Shown here: positions 15,449-22,565 of the stretch, one piece after another
Numbering within the stretch: the first letter of the stretch is position 1
Layout of the letters: each line of letters starts with the position of its first letter
Assembly: GCA_934500865.1 (NCBI GenBank)
Contig: CAKSUD010000024.1
Location: 1-22,565, forward strand
Direction of reading: 5' to 3'
Source of the DNA: an uncultured Clostridia bacterium
GTDB lineage: Bacteria; Bacillota; Clostridia; TANB77; RGIG9151
DNA length: 22,565 bases
Notes under the pieces: generated by a model
Database searches by the model: none
Seen by the model: the letters and a program-made list of their open reading frames with translations, nothing else
What the model was told of the DNA's origin: nothing
Position numbers and translations under genes: made by a program

Positions 15449-15817
15449 TTAGTCGTTTGAATACAATGTATAATTGCAACCGTTATTGTTATCCCAATTG
15501 TCTGATGTATCTTTGAAACAAAGATTTAATGCTGAATTGTAAGCTGTGATTGTTGTTGTAAAGCCTGATTTTGTTTTTGACATTTTTACGTCATTAACAT
15601 TTTCCCAAGTATCGCCCCAACCAATGTGAGCATAAACTTCGTCAGCTCCGGATTGTGAAAGTAAACCGTTATAGGTAACTTTTATTTTATCACCTGCATT
15701 AAAGTTTAATGGACTAACAGTTAATCCGTTATTTTTATATGGATTTTTGGCTGTTGTAGCACTAGTTCTAATGCTTTTTGTACTTGAGGCAGTTGAAGTA
15801 GCTTTCTTTGTAGCCAT
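15449..15817 (-). CDS. Small protein with a starch/glycogen-binding-module-like domain (CBM25/CBM53-like); no signal peptide
   Basis: Preferred start is ATG 15817, 8 nt after AGGAG (15830-15826). The track start at 15835 has no SD. Ser/Thr/Ala/Lys-rich N-terminal tail, then VTYNGLL...VYAHIGWGDTWENV...MSKT...LNLCFKD..DNWDNNNGCNY. The WDNN-G-NY ending is typical of these modules as I remember them. Confidence 0.5.
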   Translation of the reverse strand: MATKKATSTASSTKSIRTSATTAKNPYKNNGLTVSPLNFNAGDKIKVTYNGLLSQSGADEVYAHIGWGDTWENVNDVKMSKTKSGFTTTITAYNSALNLCFKDTSDNWDNNNGCNYTLYSND

Positions 15818-16050
15818 TTCGAACACTCCTTTCATCGAATAGTTAAATACAATTTATTTTCATTTTTTTAATTGGATTATGCAATCATTATTTTTGACAA
15901 TTTTTCAAAAATATATTCAATTTTATTTATTTTTCTCTATTTTTCTTCGAATTACTAACAAAAATAAATATTAAGTTAATGTTACAATTTTTATTATTAT
16001 ATAGACTTTTTTTGTAATAAAGAGTATTATTATGTTGGGAGTTGATACAA

Positions 16051-16986
16051 ATGAAAAAGATTTTTCTTTTTGTTTTTATGTTTTTTATGATAACAATATC
16101 ATCTGCACAGGCAGTGAATTATATACAAGATGTACAAGTTGTGGTGGAAAATGAGTCTTTAGGAATAACTGTTACAACTTCAGAACCTATGAATTATACT
16201 GCGGGAAGTTTGAGTTGGAATAAAAAAATTTATTTTGATTTTAAGGATACAATAGTTCGTGAAAAGAAAAGCATAGCTGTTAATAACGATTTTATGACAA
16301 CCGTAAGAGCTGCACAAAACACAACAAATCCTACATATGTAAGTCGTGTTGTTTTAGATATGAAAGATATGAAGGACTATACAGCAACCCTTTCGGAAGA
16401 TAAAAAATCATTATACATATTATTTGGTACACCTATAACTCCGGTGGAAAAAAAGATAATAGTATTAGATCCAGGACATGGTGGTAAAGATCCGGGAGCA
16501 ATATTTGGGGAATTATATGAAAAAACATTGAATTTAGATATTGCAAAACGTGTACAAGCTTTACTTAGTAAAGATGATAGATTTGATGTATATATGACAA
16601 GAGAGACAGATGTTTTTGTAGAGTTATTGGATAGAGCTAAATTTGCAAATGACAAACAAGCAAATTTGTTTGTATGTATTCATAATAATTCAATGCCAGC
16701 AGGTTTTTCAGGAACAATGTTACTGTATAACGCATCTAAAATATCTGAAAATAAAGATATAGCTGATACATTCCAAAGCATAGTACAAAAAGCAAGTGGC
16801 CTTAAAGGAATTGGTGCTCGTTCTAGAGAGGATTTGGTTGTATTAAAAAATATAGAAATGCCTGGAGTTTTAGTTGAAGTTGCTTGCATGAGTAACTTAA
16901 AAGACAGAAGGGAACTTAGAAAGGATAGCTTTAAGCAAAATATTGCTCAAGCTATATATGAGTCTATAATAAAAGTAAGTTTATAA
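16051..16986 (+). CDS. N-acetylmuramoyl-L-alanine amidase (Amidase_3) with N-terminal AMIN-like domain
   Basis: Preferred start is ATG 16051, after GGGAG (16036-16040). Signal peptide FLFVFMFFMITISSAQA. Catalytic blocks VLDPGHGGKDPGA, FVCIHNNS and VLVEVACMSN. Confidence 0.85.
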   Translation: MKKIFLFVFMFFMITISSAQAVNYIQDVQVVVENESLGITVTTSEPMNYTAGSLSWNKKIYFDFKDTIVREKKSIAVNNDFMTTVRAAQNTTNPTYVSRVVLDMKDMKDYTATLSEDKKSLYILFGTPITPVEKKIIVLDPGHGGKDPGAIFGELYEKTLNLDIAKRVQALLSKDDRFDVYMTRETDVFVELLDRAKFANDKQANLFVCIHNNSMPAGFSGTMLLYNASKISENKDIADTFQSIVQKASGLKGIGARSREDLVVLKNIEMPGVLVEVACMSNLKDRRELRKDSFKQNIAQAIYESIIKVSL

Positions 16987-17056
16987 TTTATAAATACATA
17001 AATGATAATATTTTTCATATACATTTGTAGACAACTTATTTTGGTCGAGGTAGGAT

Positions 17057-18109
17057 ATGAAAAAATCATTTATGTATATTTTTTTGTTTATAATTTTCAT
17101 AATCGCTATTGGGAAAATTCTTGTTAGGGGGGAAAAGACAAGAAATTTTTTGATTGCACACACAATATCAGTTATGGGTGCAATAGATGAGAATAACAGT
17201 CATATAAAAACACTAACGCATTTAAATATAATAAGGTATAAACTTATGAGTGAGAATATTTTTGTTGAATTGCCTGAGGATAAAGTTGAACTTGTAAAAG
17301 AAGATGTTAATAAAAATGAGGTTGTTTATGAGAATGACCCAATTGATTTAGAGCAGATTGATGATACACAAGTTAAAAGTGTAACTCTTGATTGGAAGAA
17401 TGAAATTAGAAATGAAACTAAATATAAGATAGATATAGATAAGTTAAAAAGTGAACCGTTAAAATTTAATTTGAAAAAGAAGGACACAGAGGTTATAATA
17501 TATCATACACATACAACGGAAACGTATAGTAAGGATGAAAAATTAGATTATGAGGCTAGTGGAGAGTTTAGAACGCTAGATAAAAACGCAAATGTTGTAC
17601 GTGTGGGTGAAAGATTAAAAGAGTGTTTAGAAAATGCAAATGTGAAAGTATATCATGATACAGAGTATTATGATTACCCATCATATAATCTTTCTTATAG
17701 CAAAGCGGGAAAGGCAATTTTAAATTTAACAAAAAAATATACCGGTGCAAAAATAGTGTTAGATATACATAGAGATGCGCTTGGAACTGGAAGCCAAATT
17801 TATAGACCGATTATTAATGTTAACGGAAAGGATACTGCTCAAATTCTTTTGGTTGTCGGAACTAATCAAGGCGGATTAAATCATCCGAGCTGGCGAGAGA
17901 ATTTAAAATTTGCATTGAAATTACAACAAATTGCAAATCAGAAATATCCCGGTTTTTGTAGGTATGTTAGTTTGAGAAAAGAACGATTTAATCAACAAGT
18001 ATCTAAGGGAGCAATAATAGTTGAAATGGGAGCTACCGGTAATACTATTGATGAAGCTTTACGCGCTGCTGAACTTTTTTCTGAAGTTTTATTAGAAGTG
18101 GCAGAGTAG
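17057..18109 (+). CDS. spoIIP: Stage II sporulation protein P (engulfment peptidoglycan hydrolase)
   Basis: Signal anchor, then the SpoIIP hallmarks IIYHTHTTETYS and VLDIHRDAL, and C-terminal IIVEMG. SD GAGGTA 5 nt upstream. Confidence 0.85.
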   Translation: MKKSFMYIFLFIIFIIAIGKILVRGEKTRNFLIAHTISVMGAIDENNSHIKTLTHLNIIRYKLMSENIFVELPEDKVELVKEDVNKNEVVYENDPIDLEQIDDTQVKSVTLDWKNEIRNETKYKIDIDKLKSEPLKFNLKKKDTEVIIYHTHTTETYSKDEKLDYEASGEFRTLDKNANVVRVGERLKECLENANVKVYHDTEYYDYPSYNLSYSKAGKAILNLTKKYTGAKIVLDIHRDALGTGSQIYRPIINVNGKDTAQILLVVGTNQGGLNHPSWRENLKFALKLQQIANQKYPGFCRYVSLRKERFNQQVSKGAIIVEMGATGNTIDEALRAAELFSEVLLEVAE

Positions 18110-18117
18110 GAGGAATT

Positions 18118-18831
18118 ATGGCTAGAAGATTTATAATTGATAAGGAATTGAGTGATAATCAGCAATTTGAAATTGTTGGTGAAGAGGCAAAGCATATTTT
18201 TGTGTTAAGGCATAATGTTGGGGAATTAATTCAAGTTAATAATAAAATTTGTGAAATTGTTTCTATTAGTAAAACCAATGTTAATTGTAAGGTGGTCAAA
18301 GATGCTGAGGTTAGAGGAATACCAAAAGTAAAGATTACTTTATATCAAGCGATGCTAAAAGCTGATAAAATGGAATATGTTATTCAAAAAGCTGTAGAAC
18401 TTGGAGTTACAAAAATAGTACCGTTTATTAGTAGGAATGTTGTTGTTAAATTGGATGATAAGGATAAAGTTAAAAAAGTAGAAAGATTTAACAAAATCAG
18501 TCAAGAAGCATCTAAGCAATGCGGAAGAAGCGATATTGTACAAGTTGATAATGTTTGTTCATTTAGTGATGTTGTTAAGAATGTTCAAAGTTATGAAAAG
18601 TGCATTGTGGCATATGAGAATGAAACTGTAAAATTAAAAAGTTTTTTGACGGAGAACAAAGAGATAAAGGAAATTGCTATTATAATAGGTGCTGAGGGCG
18701 GATTTGATGAAAGCGAAATTCACGAGCTAATGAGTGTCGGGTGTAATTCGATAAGCTTAGGAGATAGGATTTTAAGGGCTGAAACTGCTAGTCTTAATTT
18801 GATTTCCATATTAATGTATGAACTTAACTAA
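18118..18831 (+). CDS. rsmE: 16S rRNA (uracil1498-N3)-methyltransferase
   Basis: MARRFII N-terminus and C-terminal SPOUT block IIIGAEGGFDESEI...LGDRILRAETA. SD AGGAGG, and only 8 nt after the spoIIP stop. Confidence 0.9.
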   Translation: MARRFIIDKELSDNQQFEIVGEEAKHIFVLRHNVGELIQVNNKICEIVSISKTNVNCKVVKDAEVRGIPKVKITLYQAMLKADKMEYVIQKAVELGVTKIVPFISRNVVVKLDDKDKVKKVERFNKISQEASKQCGRSDIVQVDNVCSFSDVVKNVQSYEKCIVAYENETVKLKSFLTENKEIKEIAIIIGAEGGFDESEIHELMSVGCNSISLGDRILRAETASLNLISILMYELN

Positions 18832-18838
18832 TATTATG

Positions 18839-18867
18839 TAGAAAGTTGATATAAATTATGATAAAAT
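18839..18867 (+). promoter_or_regulatory. Candidate extended -10 promoter for the PilZ-queA-tgt unit
   Basis: TAGAAA (18839-18844), 17 nt, TAAAAT (18862-18867), preceded by TG at 18859-18860 (TGaTAAAAT). Confidence 0.35.
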
Positions 18868-18894
18868 GTATTAATGTATGGAGGAGTGAAATGT

Positions 18895-19545
18895 ATGAAT
18901 ATTAGACTAGATGACTTTTTATATAATGATGATATTGTTAAAACTAATTTAGAGAAATCGAACGATTGGATTGCAAATATAGCGTATAAGGTTTTTTCGG
19001 AGGATGGAGAATTTGAAATTGCATTCGATGATAGATATTTAAATAGTTTAGTTATGGTTGGAGATAAAATGAAGGTAACTAAAACGGTTGAGGGGTTTGA
19101 ATATATTATAGATGCTGTGATTACTCAAATAAGAATTGAACCGACCAGGACAATGTTACTTAGAGTTGAAGAAATAAATAAAGTACAAAATTTAAGAAAA
19201 GACGAAAGATTTTCCGTTAATTATGCAACTACAATTCAGAGTTTTTCAGAATTAGATGGTGTTTTTGGAGTAGTAACTAATATTAGTGTGTCAGGACTTG
19301 CTTTTGTGTGCAAACAGGAATTTGCAATAGGTGAAGTTGTTAGACTTTCAATAATGTTACCTTCAAGTTCTTTTATGATTGATGCTGAAATAATGAGAAT
19401 TAGTGATTCTAATGTGGGTAATGAATACGGAGTTAGATTTTTGCGTTCAGATGAAGATGCTATCAAGGATGTTGAAAGATTAATAGAAGATATAAAAGAG
19501 AGAGAGGACAGGCTATCACGTATAGTTGGTTTTAATATTTTATAG
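18895..19545 (+). CDS. PilZ-domain protein with YcgR/MotI-like two-domain architecture (putative c-di-GMP receptor)
   Basis: Preferred start is ATG 18895, 8 nt after GGAGGAG (18880-18886). c-di-GMP motifs RKDER (RxxxR) and NISVSG ([D/N]xSxxG), 26 aa apart. About 216 aa, similar in size to MotI/YpfA. Confidence 0.65.
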   Translation: MNIRLDDFLYNDDIVKTNLEKSNDWIANIAYKVFSEDGEFEIAFDDRYLNSLVMVGDKMKVTKTVEGFEYIIDAVITQIRIEPTRTMLLRVEEINKVQNLRKDERFSVNYATTIQSFSELDGVFGVVTNISVSGLAFVCKQEFAIGEVVRLSIMLPSSSFMIDAEIMRISDSNVGNEYGVRFLRSDEDAIKDVERLIEDIKEREDRLSRIVGFNIL

Positions 19546-19559
19546 AGGGGATTTTTATA

Positions 19560-20606
19560 ATGGATAAAGCAGAATTGTTAAAGAAAAGTACATATTTTTA
19601 TGATTTGCCGGAAGAATTAATAGCTCAAGACCCTTTAGAAAAAAGAGACGAGTCTAGACTATTAGTTCTAAATAAGAATACAGGGAAAATAGAACATAAA
19701 ACTTTTAAAAACGTAATTAATTATCTTAATCCGGGCGATTGTTTGGTTATTAATAATACTAGGGTTATTCCCGCAAGATTAATTGGTAAGAAAGAACTTA
19801 CAGAAGGAAAGATAGAACTATTTTTGTTGAAAGATTTAGGAAATGATTGTTGGGAGGTTTTAGCTAAGCCGGGTCGAAAGGCTATACCAGGTGCTAGGTT
19901 TGTGTTTGGCGAGATGGAGGAGCTAAAGGCAGAAGTTCTAGAAGTAAAAGATGATGGAAATAGAATTATAAAATTATATTATAAAGGAATTTTTCAAGAA
20001 GTTTTGGATAAAGTGGGTGGAGTTCCATTACCGCCATATATTCATAATAAATTAAAGGATAAAGAGAGGTATCAGACTGTTTATTCTAAATTTAAAGGTT
20101 CATCTGCTGCACCTACTGCCGGATTGCATTTTACAAAAGAGTTATTAAAAAATATTGAGGAAAAAGGTATAGATATAGCAGAAGTTACTCTTCATGTTGG
20201 ACTTGGTACGTTTAGACCCGTTAAGGAAGATGATATTTTGAAGCACAAAATGCATTCTGAGTGGTATGAAATTAATGAAGATGCTTGTAATAAAATAAAT
20301 AATGCCAGAAAAAATGGCGGAAGAATTATTGCAGTAGGTACTACTTCTTGTAGAGTATTAGAAAGTGTTTCTAAAAAAGGTGAAGAATTAGTGCCGATGA
20401 CTGGAAATACAGACATATTTATTTATCCGGGGTATGAGTTTAAAGTTTTAGATGGGTTGATTACAAATTTCCATTTACCGGAGTCTACTTTAATTATGCT
20501 CGTAGCTGCATTAGCCGGATATGATAATATTATGAACGCGTATAAGATTGCTGTAAAAGAAAAGTATAGATTCTTTAGCTTTGGTGACGCAATGCTTATT
20601 ATTTGA
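19560..20606 (+). CDS. queA: S-adenosylmethionine:tRNA ribosyltransferase-isomerase
   Basis: Characteristic N-terminus [26 protein letters not shown], plus [21 protein letters not shown] and C-terminal [12 protein letters not shown]. Confidence 0.95.
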   Translation: MDKAELLKKSTYFYDLPEELIAQDPLEKRDESRLLVLNKNTGKIEHKTFKNVINYLNPGDCLVINNTRVIPARLIGKKELTEGKIELFLLKDLGNDCWEVLAKPGRKAIPGARFVFGEMEELKAEVLEVKDDGNRIIKLYYKGIFQEVLDKVGGVPLPPYIHNKLKDKERYQTVYSKFKGSSAAPTAGLHFTKELLKNIEEKGIDIAEVTLHVGLGTFRPVKEDDILKHKMHSEWYEINEDACNKINNARKNGGRIIAVGTTSCRVLESVSKKGEELVPMTGNTDIFIYPGYEFKVLDGLITNFHLPESTLIMLVAALAGYDNIMNAYKIAVKEKYRFFSFGDAMLII

Positions 20607-21728
<1,122 letters not shown>

Positions 21729-21740
21729 GAGGTTTATATA

Positions 21741-22565
21741 TTGAAGGTTTATGCTTTTGTTGGACCGAGTGGCACTGGAAAAAGCTATAGAGCACAATGG
21801 ATAGCGCGAGAAAATGGATTAGAGTGTATAATAGATGATGGCCTTTTGATAAGAGAAAATAAGATTTTGGCAGGGAAATCAGCCAAAAAGGAGGCTAGTA
21901 GAATAGCTTCTGTTAAGTGTGCTATTTTTAATGATAAAAATCATGCTGATGCTGTGATTAAGGCTATAGATAATGAGAAACCAAGTGGGTTATTGATTCT
22001 TGGAACTTCTGATGAAATGGTAAATAAAATAGTAGAAAGACTAAAATTGCCTCAAATAGAAAAAATAATACGTATAGAAGACGTGGCGAGTGAGAAGGAA
22101 ATTGAGAAAGCTAAATATTTAAGAAAAGAACTTGGAAAACATGTAATACCGGTGCCGATTGTTGAAATAAAAAATCAATTTTCGGGATATTTTATGAATC
22201 CGTTGAAAATTTTTAGAAAAAGAGAAAATAACGAAGCACCTCTAGCGGAGAAAACTATTGTTAGACCAGCTTTTAGTTATATGGGTGAGTATACTATCTC
22301 GGAAAATGTTATTAATTCGCTTGTGTATAATGTAGCGAAAAATTTTGAAGGAATAAAGAAGGTAGTAAGAGTAAGAAATAAAAATCTAAATGATGGTGTT
22401 ATTATAGAAGTTGAAATTATGTGTTTATATGGATATAACTTGATGGAAGTTATGTCTAAATTGGCAGAAAAAATAAAAGTTGAAATCGATAGGATGACAG
22501 CATTAAATATCGAAAAGCTAAATATCGAAACTAAAAGTATAGTGATGGATAAGGATGAAAATTAA
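21741..22565 (+). CDS. Fusion protein: N-terminal P-loop NTPase/kinase-like domain plus C-terminal Asp23/Gls24 (DUF322) domain
   Basis: TTG start 8 nt after AGGAGG (21727-21732). Walker A FVGPSGTGKSY at aa 6-16. The C-terminal about 100 aa match the Asp23 pattern (YTISENVINSLVYNVAKNFEGIKKV...VIIEVEIMCLYGYNLMEVMSKLAEKIKVEIDRMTALNIEKLNIETKSI). Stop TAA at 22563-22565, the window end. Confidence 0.65.
   Translation: MKVYAFVGPSGTGKSYRAQWIARENGLECIIDDGLLIRENKILAGKSAKKEASRIASVKCAIFNDKNHADAVIKAIDNEKPSGLLILGTSDEMVNKIVERLKLPQIEKIIRIEDVASEKEIEKAKYLRKELGKHVIPVPIVEIKNQFSGYFMNPLKIFRKRENNEAPLAEKTIVRPAFSYMGEYTISENVINSLVYNVAKNFEGIKKVVRVRNKNLNDGVIIEVEIMCLYGYNLMEVMSKLAEKIKVEIDRMTALNIEKLNIETKSIVMDKDEN

Noticed and set aside
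19546-19559. Possibility of a preQ1 riboswitch upstream of queA/tgt
   Set aside because: The queA and tgt leaders are only 14 and 18 nt long, which leaves no room for an aptamer. preQ1 riboswitches normally control queCDEF or queT rather than queA/tgt.
2254-20416. About 20 further short antisense or off-frame ORFs from the track, for example 2254-2451, 3024-3227, 3661-3909, 3962-4189, 4196-4426, 4632-4934, 7852-8202, 8241-8423, 11007-11447, 12302-12568, 13167-13478, 14313-14504, 15276-15479, 16377-16655, 16680-16889, 16981-17163, 17568-17750, 17992-18195, 18355-18543, 19236-19466 and 20192-20416
   Set aside because: All lie inside longer ORFs that carry recognisable family motifs. They have Phe/Ile/Ser/Leu-rich compositions typical of antisense frames in AT-rich DNA, and I saw no ribosome-binding sites for them.

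Overview
AT-rich (about 30% G+C by eye) chromosomal segment that looks like an anaerobic, endospore-forming Firmicute (Clostridia-like). I call 21 protein genes and see no rRNA, tRNA, CRISPR array, transposase or integrase. Most of the window is housekeeping or sporulation. It holds the [FeFe]-hydrogenase 3' end, an HtrA-type protease, RqcH (NFACT), SpoIIR, an acyl-CoA ligase and RF1. A metal-uptake cluster and a polysaccharide deacetylase follow. After those come an AMIN-amidase plus SpoIIP, RsmE, a PilZ protein, QueA and Tgt. No recognisable defence or mobile system is present. Six things deserve a second look: (1) a ZIP transporter gene packed with a metal ABC binding protein and ATPase but no ABC permease; (2) a stand-alone 86-aa protein that is 23% cysteine with CCxC repeats; (3) a DUF234-type ATPase homologue that appears to have lost both catalytic motifs, driven by a perfect consensus promoter; (4) directly downstream of it, a 924-aa surface protein with repeated His/Cys knuckles; (5) a P-loop/Asp23 fusion protein after tgt; (6) a small leaderless starch-binding-module-like protein. 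All family assignments come from reading motifs in the supplied translations; no database search was run.
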